Below, one piece after another: positions 12,101 through 26,654 of a stretch of 64,000 bases of DNA (within the stretch, counting starts at the first letter, position 1; each line of letters begins with the position of its first letter). A model generated the notes under the pieces. The model did not search any database and was not told the DNA's origin. It saw nothing but the letters and a program-made list of their open reading frames with translations. The stretch covers positions 1,426,001 to 1,490,000 of the forward strand of contig JANJGN010000036.1 in NCBI GenBank assembly GCA_026770705.1, read 5' to 3'. The DNA is from Isurus oxyrinchus (Eukaryota). The translations under genes were made by a program, and so were the position numbers.

Positions 12101-13788
12101 GGTGAATTTGTAAGAATTGTGGAATAGCCAAACAGGTTTAACATTTCAATTTATAACTTAACCTTTAATAACACAGATGGCCATCGTCAAATAGAGGCAA
12201 AGCGAGAATATCGGGATGCAAGACAGGTAAGGTTTTTGAAATTGCTGCAAGAATATGCAAAAGGTCGTTTTTTTTGGGGGGGATAAGAATCAAGGCTTCC
12301 CAAGTTGATATTTCATGCGCTTGTCAGAGAGCAGGCCACAGTCTGGAGAACCTGATTAAAAACAAAAATCCCACTCGCCCTTACAAATGGAACCTGAAAA
12401 TATTCCCCAGCTCCTCTCCCCATCTGAAAATAGAAAGGAGAGGTCAAACTTCCACGTAGAATGTCTCCGTCACACTTAACGGTGGAGTTCCAGCAGTTCA
12501 TATTTTAGATTTCTGCTATTTTCGTTTATGTTTCCATTGAGTCGTACCCCGCTCGCTCAATTCCCATCCTTTCTTTCCTTCAACTCAACCGAATTCGTAC
12601 ATACATTAGCCAATGGAATTACTGGGAAGATTTGACCAAACCCCGGGGCGTTTTATAGATAAATCAAAATGTGCTTCTGTTGTAAGCGGGCTAAGAAGGA
12701 TCAGTTTGCGCAGAAAGTCTGTGCGTATGTGTGTTTGTCTGTGTGTGTGTGCGCGCGTGTGTACAGAGACTTCAGCACATAGTCTAGGCTGAACATCCAG
12801 AGCCAACGTTGCACTGTCTGAGGTGCGGTTTTCGCATGAAACGTTAAACCGAGGCCCTGTCAGCCCTCTCAGGTCGGGATAAAAGGTGATTCCGTTATTA
12901 TGTCAAACGGAACAGTGGTGGGATGTTGGAGGAAGCGGTGTGCGAGGGTTGGGGGTCGGGGACGGGTTCTCTCTGCTTTCCGGTTTCATATTTTATCTCT
13001 GAACCAGCACCTCAAAAATAAATGATCTAGCTCATTAATTCATTGCTGTTTATGGAGCCTTCAGGTACGTAAGTACTCTACCGCGTTGCTTTGAAAACAA
13101 AGGCTTCACGTTAAAAGAGTGGATGTGAAGATTATTAGGTTTCTGCAGTTCATCAGAGGCGCTACATAAGCACAAGTCCTTTGATTGCATTTGGGTCATT
13201 CTTCTGAATGTGATGAATTCTGTGGGCTCTACTTAATCGTGTAGATGGCACATGATGAAACATAGTAATCGGATTGGCCAATTAACAACAAAGTAATCCA
13301 AATGAAATTCATAGACTGGTTATTCAAACTGTTTATTCCCAGTTGCTTTGCACATGCTGTTGCTCGGTTGCAAAACATCAATTCAGGCAATTCTTTCAGA
13401 TTCAAATGAGCGGAAAAATTCCTCAATTTGATATAGAGGGCATGTGAAACCCATTCAATAGCAACTTTCAAGAAGGAATTATAAACATAATGAAAAGAGA
13501 AAATAATGTCAGCGGTAAGGGGCTGACAGGGGTACAGTTGGCCGAACTACGTATGTCTTTCAAAGAGCTGGGACAGACGCAATTGTCTCAAAAAGCCTCC
13601 TTCTGTGCTGTATCATTCTATAATTCCATGCAACGTAGTTGCGAGGGTGGATAATGTTACTTATCCTTTAACTACTTTTCACTGTTAATGTTTGATATCT
13701 CTCCCAGAATCAAGGCGGACCTCTCTACGCCTCCCCGGACTTGACAGCATTGGATAACAGATCAAAAAAGAAGGCAGGTCGTAGATGA
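9179..13788 (+). pseudogene. Class-2 V-C1-TM receptor pseudogene. Leader 9179-9233, V 9523-9843, C1 9933-10259, TM 11273-11365, cyt ~11458-11488 and 11711-11763, last exon 13708-13788
   Basis: Collinear paralog of 41405-44548. V ORF 9536..9796 (LIC..FWYKQ..DSGSYYF*). C1 DGTYSIRSHVMVSRETWKTGSVCTC. TM GWCNSALIVSIIVLVMLLVVISI. Last exon NQGGPLYASPDLTALDNRSKKKAGRR*. Disabled by frameshifts, lost Cys residues and GT>TT/AT donors. Confidence 0.85.
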
Positions 13789-15486
13789 GGATCGGGCCGT
13801 TTTCTCTCTGATGAATTATGGAGGAGACAGGATTTGCCAAAGAAACAACAGACTTCTGGAAATAAACATGGAGCCAAGGTGACTCCCATCAAAAAATTAA
13901 AATTTCCCCGTGCACTGGCCAGAACTTACAAAGACTAGCTCATTTTGCTAAATGTAGAAGTTGTTTTGAGTATTATTAAGGATATCCTGCCGATATCATT
14001 TAATTCAAGTTTGAAAGAAACATTGAGCAAAGACTAAGGACTTTCGTTAGTTTCTCCGGAATTATTCTGCTGATTATCTTAGTCCGGTTAGTGACAGGAT
14101 GTTAATTTCTTTATAAATGTCTGTATGTAAATCAAATAAATTATTTTTAGATTACAACAATGCACCAGAGGTTTGTATTGATTAATAAATAATTATAATT
14201 AAATGTCATTTGGTTCAAACTACAATTTCTGTTAAACTGACAGTATCAGGCCTTGATTGAGATGCTGTTAGATATGGGTCTCTTTGTCTGAGATGTGATG
14301 TGCTTTCTCATTTACTGAATTATAATACAGCGGGAGAGGAACACGGGCAGTGATTCAGGGAACTTGTGATGTTTCCATTTCATTTTTACACAGCGACGTT
14401 TTGTTTATGTTGAACCTTTAAACCTATATGTCAGAGATTTACTGTGAGCTTAGTGCGTTTTTGAGCGAGATTTGCTGTGGAAGGTGGATTGTAGATCTGG
14501 CCCTCTTTCCCTCAGAAAGCTGTTGAAACTTGTATCCATTGCATTTTGTTGCAAAAGTGTATTAAGAAATCTGGAAACAAGGTGAAAGGGTGCAGTTTTG
14601 AACGTGAAGATCAATGTTGTTTTTATATATTTTGGGGACATGGTGGTGTTCCATGAAGAATTATGTGTGTGTCTGTATGTGTGTGTGTCCATGGCTAATT
14701 AAGCTCGGGAATGTCAGTAAAGACGGATAGCCTGTGGGAACTTAGAGGTGAAAGATAAAGGAGCTGGATGCATGCATTTGTAATTAGAGGCTATGGTGAA
14801 GTTATTATAAGTAAATACATTGTTTTTTGTTAAAGGGGAATGAGGTATTAAGAAGAGATTGTCTTTTCAGAAGCTAATATTTCATAAAGAAATAAAAGGG
14901 AGGTAATTAAATTGTATTTGACGTGGATGTGGAAGCAATAGGGAGGCACGAAGGATTTTTTACTTCGGAAAACCTGAGTTAAAGGGGATGCTTAACACAG
15001 TGGAGCACTGGATGAAAGTGGAAAATTGATAATTAACGGACATGCTTAGTTGAGATAAGATTGCTGTCTGTGTGTGTGTGTGTGTGTGGGGGGGGTGGTG
15101 GGGATGCCCTTAGAGCAGCTCTGTGCCGAGAAAAATATGGAATTTGAAGCAGCCGTCCGATTTCAACACAGAGAAGTATTTGCTTTCAAGAGGGAGTCTG
15201 TTTCTGTACTTCTTTCGGATTTCCCCAGCAGTCTAGATGAGAGTGAGACATCGTGTGGTATAGAGTACTAAAGTAGGTTTTCCCTTGGGTAATTATTACT
15301 GGAGTTTTACAGTTAGATTTCCAAAAGGGACCTGCTTCCAAATGAATTAATTGTGAATTCTGAAAAGCAAAGTTTATTTCGGAAGGATTCCTTGTCAGAC
15401 TGCTTCAACTGAAAAATTTTATCTTGTGCGATTAAGATTTTTTCCTCTTGTTCATAAACCTTTCAGTATAAGAATCGTAAAACTTA

Positions 15487-15530
<44 letters not shown>

Positions 15531-17519
15531 TATTCTTATGACTCGTGAGACAAGTTGCCCTCTGGGATTTCACTTGCTCAGTGAATTACACTCTTTAAGG
15601 TTGTAAAATGCACTTTAAAAAGCAATGGTCACAAACCTTATTTTTCAATGTTAATGTTTATAATATTGCGTGTATAAAGCAAAGATATTAGGTCACCTCC
15701 CTGAAGCACCCTTTGAATTCCACTTACAAATTTAACAATGTATTTTAGTGTGACGACGAAATTCCATTATTGACGTACACAGTTCAGCGCAAAGGGCTTT
15801 CAGTCACTGCTCATGTATTCTGCTTTACAAAATTCAAATTTATTTTCAAAACAGAAGCAGGCCATTTAGCCCCTCTGCTCATTCCTGGTATTTCTGCTCC
15901 ACATGATCCTCCTCCCACACCCTCTACACCCCAGCAACATATCTTCATATTGATTATGTATTTATCCACCTACCTCTTAAGTGCATCTTAGCTATTTAAG
16001 TCGGCCAATTGCTTTGGTTGCCATTTATGCCTTCTTTCCTTTCTTCTGGTAGAATTCCTGAATTCGTTTTTGGAATTATTAGTGAATATCAAATGTTGAT
16101 CTCCTTTAATATAGCTCTGCCTGCAAATGGAAAAGTTGACTCTCTGCCTCAACATTAGAAAGTAACCCTTCAATCTTTTGTTTTGTGGAGAAAAGAGGCC
16201 CAGACTGTTCAATCTTGCCTAATATCATAAACTATCAGTTATGGTATCATTATTGGAGAATTGTTGCCACTTTTGAACCGCACATATCTGGTCAATAAAG
16301 ATATCCTGTAACCTGCCATTGCACATTCACTGAGCATACCTGCACTAAGGATCAAACAGCCTGATTCCCAAATACAATCTTGGGTGTCAAAACATGTTTA
16401 ATGGATTCCTAAACTGTACTCTGATGCGCTCATTCCTGCTAAAGCGCGACACAAAGACACACAATGAACTTAGAAACAACATGGCAAGAAAGTAAAACTA
16501 TATTGTAACTGAACAGAAAGCTAAGATTCCCGAAAGCCAAGTTAAATTTGAAACGTAGTCTAATCTGTCAGACTTGTTTACTCTTCAGTTGGTGACGAAT
16601 CTTCGGGATGTATTGCTCATTATTATTAATAAACGTGAATTCAGCCGGGAACAGAATTTGAGATGGCTGTCTCTTGGAAGTCCTCACACCTCCAGGCTTT
16701 CCTCTAATAAGTCCACAACAGAGGAAAATTTCCAATGCCCATCAGTGGCCGGAAGCATAACTTTAGCTCTCAATATCTTTTGCAATCACACTGTGGGATC
16801 CGCAATAAACGCCAACCGAGCAACAAGAGACAGTAAAGCAAAAGGCAAACAATTATCGTGAGCTACACCATTATCAGCAGGCCATTCAGTTCTTTGAGCA
16901 TGTTCTGCCTTTCAAAAGGATCTTTCCATCCATAGTTACAGACTTGTCATGTACTCGTGCTCTGGAATGTGTCAGTTCATGTTCCTGATAGAAACCGGTT
17001 TTTAATTGGTCTTGAAATGGCCACATTTCACATTCAAACGGCCGAAGGTGCCAACAACTCAATGATACATGGAGGCATTGAGAGCGCCGTTGAGCTCCAA
17101 CATCTCCCTGTAAGCGTTTCCTGTCAGCCAATCCCTGGGATTCCTTCTCCCGACCACAAGAGACATCCTAGAAAGAGAAACCCGTGGCAAACGATCTCCC
17201 GGAAAGCGGGAGCTGCAGGCGGTAGGGAGCAAACATTTAAAAATGACCTTATATTTCGGAAGAAATCCAGCAACCCGAGCCTTCTGACTCTTGCACAAGG
17301 TTCAAATAGGTACAACACCACCTATAGAGCGCAGCTCGGAATGGGCAATCAACGTCTATCTTTTCACTGTAACCAACATAACCAAGCATGATTAAAAAAC
17401 ATTTGAAAATGATTAGATAAGGGAAGGAGATTTTCAAATTTGAAGATAAATTGATGGATAGCTAGAGAGCGACAGTCACATGGACAGTGTGTGAGAGAAT
17501 GAAAGTGAGAGGGAGACGG

Positions 17520-18050
17520 ATGAATGTATAGATAGATAGTTAGATAGATAGATAGATACATAGATACATAGATGCATAGATGGATATATCGATAGATGTA
17601 TCGTTAGTTAGATGGATGGATAGCTAGATAGATAGGTAGATGGATGCATAGATAGAGAGATGCCTAAATAGATAAATGTCTAGAAAGATAGATGGATCTC
17701 TGGATAGATACATAGATGTTTAGATAGATAGATAGGTAGACAGGTAGATAGATAGTTAGATTGATAGATAGATGTCTAGATAGATGCATAGATAGATGAC
17801 TAGGTAGATAGATAGAGAGATAGATAGATGGGTATGTTGATGGATAATTGGATAGATGGATGGATAGATGAATCACAAGATTGATAGATAGATGGATGGA
17901 TAGATGGGTCACAAGATTGATAGATAGATGGATAGATGGATGGTCACAAGATTGATAGATAGATGGATAGGTAGTTGCATGGATAGATGGATGGATAAGT
18001 GGATGGATAGATGGATGGATAGATAGATGGATGTCTGGATAGAGAGATAG
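17520..18050. repeat. (GATA)n/(GGAT)n compound microsatellite; paralogous tract at ~27800-28275
   Basis: Directly visible tetranucleotide arrays. Confidence 0.95.
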
Positions 18051-18489
18051 AATGAAAGAAAGATATAATGGATGCGAGCGCGAATTACATAGATATATTT
18101 ATAATATACAAATGCATCAATACTTACTGGAACCCCAGGCAGGTTCTGTTCGCTGTATAAATGTTAACTGTCCACTCGGACACTTCTAGAAGGAACGACC
18201 TCTTTTAAATGCGTTAAGCATGACTACACTTTCGCAAATTGGCACTGGCTGTCCTTAACGGACCCGTCTATATATGAGTTCTCACCATATTAATTTACAA
18301 TAAATTTTTCTCATCGTTTGGCCGCCATGCGTCAAAGTATAATTATCTTATAGCCATCCAGCGAATTCCTTTATTATTTCATGGGTGAAACCTTATGTGG
18401 AGACCGTTTTTCAGGAAGGATATAGATTGCGGTTTTTGCGAGGCTAGTGATATTCTTTGGGCTGTATATTCACTTCAAATAAATCTTTC

Positions 18490-19200
18490 AATCGGGTAGC
18501 AGAGCAGAGGGTGCCCATGTACAGGCACAAAAGTCATTGAAAGTAGTGAGAGGAGATAAAAAAATTATTTTAAAAAAGGCCCAGCAATGTAAAGTACAAA
18601 AGCGACATTCACCCTATATCAAAACCTAGCTTGATCACACTTAGGGTCCTGTGAACATTTCTGGTCTCCATATCATAAAGAGATTATAGAGATACAGGGA
18701 AAGGCACAAAGAAGAAAAATTTTACTGGAAGGATAACAAAACTGAAAGGTGATAACAGTCAGGGATGTATGAACAGGTTAACTTCTTTTTTGAGAAAAGA
18801 GTAGACTTTGAAGTGACCTGGTGAATGTTTTTAAGACTGTGAAAGAGATTTTTGGGCAGGCATAGAGAAGGAATTAGCGTTTCTTTTGAGAAACCAATAC
18901 AAAAAGCCATCAATTTTAGGTAGTCGATAATGAATCCAATCGAGAATTCAGGTGAAACATTTTAACCAGAGTCCGGGGATATTGTGGAGCTCGTTCCCAT
19001 AGGGAGTGCTTTAGGTGAATTACAGAGAAGGAATAAAGGGTGATGCTGTATAAACACATGAGGGAGAACGGAACAGAAGGATATGTTGATAGAGGTCAGG
19101 TGAGGAGGGGTGGTGGGAAGTGCTTTTGGAGCAGAAACACCAGCATCGAGCCAAATGATAGAATACAATATTTCGGTGCTGGTAGTTCTATGGAATAGAG
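18490..19200 (+). mobile_element. Degenerate CR1 LINE 3' fragment (paralogous copy at ~29020-29730)
   Basis: Same CR1 3'-end motifs (gagaaaag..gtgacctg..tttaag) seen in the other CR1 copies. Confidence 0.6.
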
Positions 19201-21479
19201 ATAATGAAATAGAGGAATCGAGAAAGTGTAAACGAAAATTGGGATTTATGTAATCATGTCAAAATAGCTTACCTCTCTCCATACCCTTAATTCCAAAATA
19301 CACAGATGGAATTAAAAAATCAGAAAGCTAAACACTGAAATGATGAGATGCATGAGAGCGTATTAAGCAGTGAGAAAATGATACGTGGACAAATAGAAAT
19401 GTAGAGATTTATAATACAAAGAAATATTGCTAAGAAATAGGCCATACATTAAATACACAAGGCAACTGTTTTCAGCTAACTCTCTGAGATGGGAGACTTT
19501 CATTTGGAAGATATACACTGGAGATGATTAGATCGACGCATGTACAGAGAGCGCCGCTGCTCCAAGTTACTTCCAGAGAATTATACAATTCCTGATGCCG
19601 TAGGTTCCGTTCGGGTCGATTGTTGTGGGCTCGCTCTGTCCCTAGGGCTCCCTCCCGGAAATATTCCAGTGGACCGCAAAGGACTCGGGGCGCACACTCT
19701 TCGCCAAACACTCCAAACTAACGATTTACATCGAGAGAATTTCAGCTGGAGGCGGAGTTAAAAGTTCGAATATTGGAGAACTTGATGGGATCGAGCGGTT
19801 TGTTTTGATCGCTTTTGGATATTGATTATTTAATGTGTAAAGTAATCTTAATTTGTATCTGTGAAGAGCAATTTTGAGCCATTTCCAAACGTAAAGATCA
19901 TTCCCCTGAGCTTCTTAGCTGCAGAGTAAAACATGCCCGAATCACTGGCCTGGGCATCCACAATATTCAGAGAACAGAGAGTAGATTCTCGTAAAATTCT
20001 CCAGATTATCAATCGGTTTGAGAGTTGTATTCTGCCACAGTGTAAACTAGTCGCAGATGCGACCGGTGGTTATTTCTTTCCAGTCCACCGCCCCCTCCCC
20101 AACAGCACCAACCAGGCCGTGTCACAATGAATCCTGTTTTACTCCCAAGTGAGAGTCTCTGAACAGCCGGAGTCTGGGACAAAACTGCCTGAGATAAAAT
20201 AACTGAGAGGTGTCACACCAACACGCTGGGTTCTGCTATGGCAGGCAGAGAGAGAAAATATTTGTTATGAGGAAACGGCCAGAACAGTGAAATATATAAT
20301 AGATCATTCACTGGTTATTTTACGCTAATGGGGTCAAATGTTGAGGAATAAATTTGAAACAATAACATGACCACGACGGAAAGAGAGGCGCATCAAAGAC
20401 GAAGGAGTGCGGTCTCTGTTGTCACCTGGGAAAATTGGAAGCTGTGACTGCGCACAGCAAGACACACAATTTACAACGTGATTATGAGCCAGGTGGTAAC
20501 TATAATAATGTTTATGGAGGGTTAATATTGGACACAAGGACACGGGGGAACTCCGGCGCCTGACTGCACCCCACTCCCCCCGCCCCCCCCACCTCCCACC
20601 CAATCCATCCGTTCACCCGCTAATAGTGGCCCTGGGAATCTTTGCATCCCAAAAGTGGCAAACAAGGGGTCTCGGTTTAAGGTATCATCCGATGGATTCG
20701 AGAATGTTGACAAGTGATCGATTCTGATGTGGTTGACATCATTCAGTGCTTAAACATAAAGCTAATATTTTAGAATAAGGTATGGAGATAATTTTCTATT
20801 CGGCTGAACTATCTCACTGGGGTTAAACCATCCTGAATGAGGTGTGAAGAAGGCTCAAAGGTGTAACCAGATGCAGCAACGCAAAGGACATTAAGAAGTT
20901 CTTGGTCTCCGATCCCGGGCCAGTTGCTGTGAGATTTGCATCGGCTCTTCGCTCGGGTGTCTCTGTTCTCAGCTCCGGCCTCGGAAGACGTGGTGAAAAT
21001 ACATATTTGGCGGAAATGATTTGCAACGTTTAAAAATAGCTCACTGGAAAAATCTGCGCGATGTAAATTTTAGCTGAGGGTTTCCTGTTTACAGCTTAGG
21101 AGATCACACACGGGTCTGCCTGCAAAGGGCAACACCCTACGTATCCTGGAAAACATGCGTCACAGGCAGTGCACATTACAGGCTTGGGACAACAGGCAGT
21201 TGAGCTGAAATGAACAACATTATTGCTCATGAAATTCAAGTGGACAGAGGGGAAACGCCCCTAAATAGGAACGTTCTGGTTAATTCACAGAGACAACATT
21301 AATTTATGTGGTTTCAACAAAAAGAAGAACAGGTGCAAAAAAGCTAGAAGATGATGCTAATATTTTAGGGAATCTGTCATCCCGCCTACCTCTCTGTGTC
21401 AGAATTACTCCTGTGGTTTAGCGGAGCTTCGGCCATCTGCCCTGTGGTGTTTCTCGAAAGGTCGACCCTTCTCCGACCC

Positions 21480-21840
21480 CTTCTTCATCGCACCCCATCA
21501 ACGTATCATTCTATTCCTTTCTCACTCTTGATTGCCCAATCAATGAATCCCTCCGATTCACCTCGACCACTCCTTGTCACAACGAGTTGTACATTCTCAC
21601 CACTGTATGAATAAAGAGATTTCTCCAACATTCCTGATTGCATCTACTGGTGATTACCTTATACTGATGGCCCCTATTCTTGTCTCTGCCACAAGTTGGA
21701 ATATTTTCTTTACGTCTACCGTAGGGAGTACATTCATAATTTTAAAGACATCTATCAGGTCACCCGCACAGCCTGCAATTTTCAAGAGGAAAGAGCCCGA
21801 GCCTGTTCAATCTTTCCTGATAATTTTAACCTCGAAACCG
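21480..21840 (-). mobile_element. CR1 LINE 3' fragment, minus strand
   Basis: Reverse complement of CR1 3' motifs (cttttcaagaggaaagagccc, acctcgaccactcc). Confidence 0.6.
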
Positions 21841-22249
21841 GGGAAAACAGTTTCGTGCCCCAATGCAAACCATGTAATCTGGTGTAAATTAAAGAGCATT
21901 TTATGATATCCTGAATCATCCAGGTATCGATAATGGGTGGAAAATCGGTAAATAAGATTCACTTGCAGAATGATCCACGACTAAAATCTTATGCAATCTT
22001 TTGGGCAACACATTTATAGGATTCCTCTATCTGATCTGTCTTGAAGAATAAATAATACCAGTGAACACTGTCAGAGAACGGTAATCTGCTAAAATCTACA
22101 AATCCCTCATTAACGTTTTTGAATCCGTTATCATATATTTCAAACCATTTTACATTTGTCTCTGAAGAACTCGTTAATATTCCTTGTCTCAGAGCAGATT
22201 AATGATGCACTTTAACGTTTCTCAAACTTCGATATGAATTGAATATGAC

Positions 22250-24400
22250 CTCATCTCCTCTGGGGATCTTCCTCCCACAGCTTCCAACCTGATAGTTGGC
22301 CAAACTCGGACGGCCCGCTTCTATCTCCTACCCAAAATCCACAAACAGAACTGCCCCGGTAGACCAATCGTCTCAGCTTGCTCCTGCCCCACGGAACTCA
22401 TTTCTCGTTATCCTGACTCGCTTCTCTCTCCCCTTGTCCAGTCCCTTCCCACCTACATCCGTGATTCCTCTGACACCTTATGTCACATCAACAATTTCCA
22501 GTTCCCTGGCCCAAACCGCTTCCTTTTCACAATGGATGTCCAATCCCTCTACACCTCCATCCCCCGCCAGGATGGTCTGAGGGCCCTTAGCTTCTTCCTC
22601 GAACAGAGGCCCGAACAATGACCATCCACCACTACTTTCTTCCGTCTGGCAGAACTTGTTTCACACTGAACAGTTTCTCCTTCAACTCCTCTCACTTCCT
22701 CCAAATAAAAGGTGTGGCTATGAGTACCCACATGGGCCCCTGCTATGCCTGTCTCTTTATGAGGTATGTGGAACATTCCTTGTTCCAGTCCTACTCCGGC
22801 CCCCTTCCACAACTCTTTGTCTGGTTCATCGATGATTACTTCGGTGCTGCTTCATGATCTCATCGGGACTTGGAAAAATTTATTAATTTTGCTTCCAATC
22901 TCCACCCCTCCAACATTTTCACGTGGTTCCCTTCCTTGACCTCTCTGTCTCAATCTCTGGTGATAGACTATCCACCAATGTCCATTACAAACCCACAGAC
23001 TCCCACAGCTACCTCGACTACAGCTCCTCACACCCCGCTTCCTGTAAGGACTGCATCCCATTCTCTCAGTTCCTTCGCCTCCGTCGCATCTGTTCCAATG
23101 ATGCTACCTTCAAAAAACAGTTCCTCTGACATGTCCTCCTTCTTCCTTAACCGAGGTTTTCCATCCATGGTCGTTGACAGGGCACTCAACCATGTCCAGC
23201 CCATCTCCCGCGCATCCGACCTCACGCCTTCTCCTCCCTCCCAGAAACATTATAGGTTCCCCCTTGTCCTCACTTATCACCCCACCAGCCTCCGCATTCA
23301 AAGCATCATCCTCCGCTATTTCCACCAACTCCAGCATGATGCCACCACCAAACACATCTTCCCTTCACCACCCCCCCCATCGGCATTCCGTAGGGATCGC
23401 TCCCTCCGGGACATCCTGGTCCATTCCTCCATTACCCCCTACTCCTCAACCCCCTCCTATGGTACCGCCCCATGCGCATGCAAAAGATGCAACACCTGCC
23501 GCTTCACTTCCTCTCTCCTCACCGTCCAAGGGCCCAAAAAGTCCTTTCAAGTGAAGCAGCATTTCACTTGCATTTCCCGCAAATTAGTCTACTGCATTCA
23601 TTGCTCTCAATGTGGTCTCCTCTACATTGGAGAGACCAAACGTAAATTGGGTGACCGTTTTGCAGAGCACCTGTGGTCTGTCCGCAAGAATGACCCAAAA
23701 CTCCCTGTCGCTTGCCATTTTAACACTCCACCCTGCTCTCTTGCCCACATGTCTGTCCTTGGCTTGCTGCATTGTTCCAATGAAGCCCAACACAAACTGG
23801 AGGAACACCACCTCATCTACTGACCAGGCACTTTGCAGCCTTCCGGACTGAATATTGAATTCAACAACTTTAGGTCTTGAGCTCCCTCCTCCATCCCCAT
23901 CCGCTTTCTGTTTCCCCCTTCCTTTTGTTCTTTTCCAATAAATTATATAGATTTTTCTTTTCCCACCTATTTCCATTATTTTTAAATATTTTTAAATCTT
24001 TTATACTCTCCCTACCCCCACTAGAGCTATACATTGAGGGCCCCACCATCCATTCTTAATTAGCACACTCGTTTAGATAATATCACCAACTTTAACACCT
24101 TTTGTTCTATTGTTGGTGACATCTTTTGATGATCTGCTTCTATTACTGCTTGTTTGTCCCTACAACCACACCAACCCCATCCACTTGTCTCTCTCTTTCT
24201 CAACGCACCCCCCCCCCCCTCTCCCCCCCGCCCCACACACACACACACACACCTTAAACAGGCTTATATTTCAACTCTTTCTTGGACTCGAACTCAGGTT
24301 GTGTCGGAGGGTCATGAGAACTCGAAATTCAACTCTTTTCTTCTCCGCCGATGCTGCCAGACTTGCTGAGTTTTTCCAGGTAATTCTGTTTTTCTTTTGG
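22250..24400 (+). mobile_element. Penelope-like retroelement (RT + GIY-YIG endonuclease), frameshifted, with terminal hammerhead-type repeat
   Basis: KGVAMSTHMGP..FIDDYFG (RT). VYCIHCSQCGLLYIGETKRKLGDRFAEH (GIY-YIG) in ORF 22870..23823. Terminal module at ~24295-24395 is shared with short dispersed copies. Confidence 0.9.
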
Positions 24401-24891
24401 ATATGAATTGGTTCATTAAGTTCATCAACCAGGTTCTCCGGTGGGAGCAGAGTGAGCGTCTGATGAAGCTTCTCCGTTCCTGCCCTCTACCCTTTTTTAG
24501 ACCTGAGGAGCTGTGGTTTGGAAGCAGCGTGAGCAGAGCCTCCTTGCAGTGACTCGCCAGGTAGATTTGCATGGTAAAATTAGGATGTCAACCTATTCAA
24601 TCAATTCCACCCACTACACGACCCACACCTAAATCACTTGCTCTCGGTGCCTCATCAATTTTCAGCGCTGTTGGGGAGGCAGTTCCAGGATTTTTACCGA
24701 GTTACTGTGAAAGAACGGTGATATATTTCCAAGTGCGTATCGTGAATGGCTTGGAGGGGAACTCCCCGGTCGTGGTGTTCCCATCTGTCTGCTGCCCTTT
24801 ATTATATTGATGGACAGCAACACTTGGATCCACAACACAAACAAAGATAGTCGGAAAAACTCAACAGGCCAGACAGCATCTGTGGAGAAGA

Positions 24892-24932
24892 AGATTCTGA
24901 TGAAGAGTCAGGCGGACTCGAAATGTTAACTC
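24892..24932 (+). ncRNA. Minimal hammerhead ribozyme motif in a fold-back PLE derivative (~24835-24992)
   Basis: CTGATGA (24897-24903), stem II GAGTC/GACTC, GAAA (24920-24923), then TGTT-AACTC. Flanked by long inverted arms (gacagcatctgtggagaag / cttctccacagctgctgtc). Confidence 0.65.
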
Positions 24933-26654
24933 CGTCTGCTTCTCCACAGCTGCTGTCAGACCTGCTGAGTTTGTCCAGCTATTTTTGTTTTTGGCACAGA
25001 TCCACACCAGCTCTTAGTTATTTTGTTTATTAATGGATTGAATAATTAATATAACCGGATATTTCAGCATGCTCTTTAACTGCTGCCTAAACTTAGAATG
25101 AGTCGCCCCATAAATAATGATTGCATGCAGCAAATTAAATCCACCAGCATGTATCCAACTTTTCAAAGCTTATATAAAGACCCTACAGAATTATTGGGAT
25201 CAGACCCTGTAATGACATGATATAAAAATCAACGATTCTGTCTGTCAACCACAGAAGTAAGAAACTGCCAGGTATGGTGAAGAGTAAAATCACAGACTTC
25301 CTTCTGCTCTCCTTCTCTGCGTCACTGGGAGAATTTCCCTTCCTCTGGCCTCTCAGTCCCTTACAACTCGACAGGCAACAAAAACATATCTGGCAGTCAG
25401 AACGTTAAAAAGCAGAATTAAAACAAATTGGAACAATGGGGTTAAAAACATATCAAACAAGTCAAACCAACCCACCGGGGCTCAGTGAAATAACTTGTCT
25501 TCATCATACAAAAGAACAGCACTTTCTCGATTGTCTTTCCAGCTTCATATGTAAATTAGGCAGGAACATTTTTAAAAAAAGAATAGAATGCTGGTTGTTG
25601 CTCGAATTGCAACTGCGGTTTTATCGCAATATTTCAGTTTCACATGGCTGCAACAGATATCCACATATCTATCAAAGGAGAAAGTGACGGTGAATCAAAC
25701 AGAACATTCTCTTGCTGCACCAATCAGGACAGCGCGAATAACATACACAGTGGTGATGTTCAGGAAGCTCATGGGGGATTACTAAAAATGATCTGAAAGA
25801 GTAGGATCTCGGTGATAATGACCAGTAGATCGGCCGTTGCCATGGCCACAAGGTAGCACGTGGTGCAGACGGAGGCCACGCTTTCTGCTGGACAGGGTCA
25901 TAATCGCTACTAAATTAACTGTAAAAAAAAACAAGGGGAAAACACTGCACATTATTGATGAAACATTCTGCGAGAACCAGGCAGTAAACATGGTGGCCTG
26001 GTCAGATGGCTGGGAGTCTCAAAAACATCTTGAAATCTCCTTCAGCCTGCTCATTTCAATGTTTCGCAGAGTAGGGAGAGGGGACAAGTAGCAGGCTGCA
26101 TGCAGGAAGCATTATGGCATATACATTATTTTAATAAGGCTGGCAAATTCTATTGTAACCCAGTTTACGATTTTTCATTGGCCAATTATGATTTCCACAC
26201 CTCAGATTTGCAGGAGTGGAAAAGAGCTGAGGATAGCTATGGACAAATGGCGTGTATTTTCATCACTTATTATTGATCAGCAGGAGCAAAAGTGATTCCA
26301 GCCCCACTCGGGTCCACTAAACGCAGTCAGACATCAACATGAAAATTATCTCAAAGATCTCTGCACAATAGGATTCAGTCATGAGTACCTGTTTTCATTA
26401 CCAGGCATTGTACACACCCCCTGGATCCAAGATTGGACCTCATTGCCGATAAAGCCTGTTACGAAGTCCTCCTCACTTTACTGGAGCACCGAACCAGGAA
26501 GTGCCAACCGTGAAGTCGTACTTCATCTAGGATTGTCTATATGGCATTATAAAGTCAGTCTTAACTAACACTGTAGTTCTGCCTGACCATACGTGTGAAC
26601 GTTTATTTGACAATATTGCAGTTGCTTCATTCTGTGTTTCAAGCGTGCTGTAAT

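Larger units (their letters stand above)
16940..20903 (-). pseudogene. Class-1 receptor pseudogene. Leader ~20861-20903 (ATG>AAG), VJ 19859-20202, C1 ~19480-19781, TM ~17121-17240, cyt 16940-16984
   Basis: KNFLMSFALLHL matches the leader of the intact gene. V AVLSQTPAVQ..SDSGMFYS..FTFGNGSKLLFT (second Cys lost, donor GT>AT). C1 LLTPP..ECL..HWN..NGTY..TWSSGALCTC. TM 'cttgtggtcgggagaagg' matches 'cttgtggccgggagaaag' of the intact gene. Confidence 0.82.
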
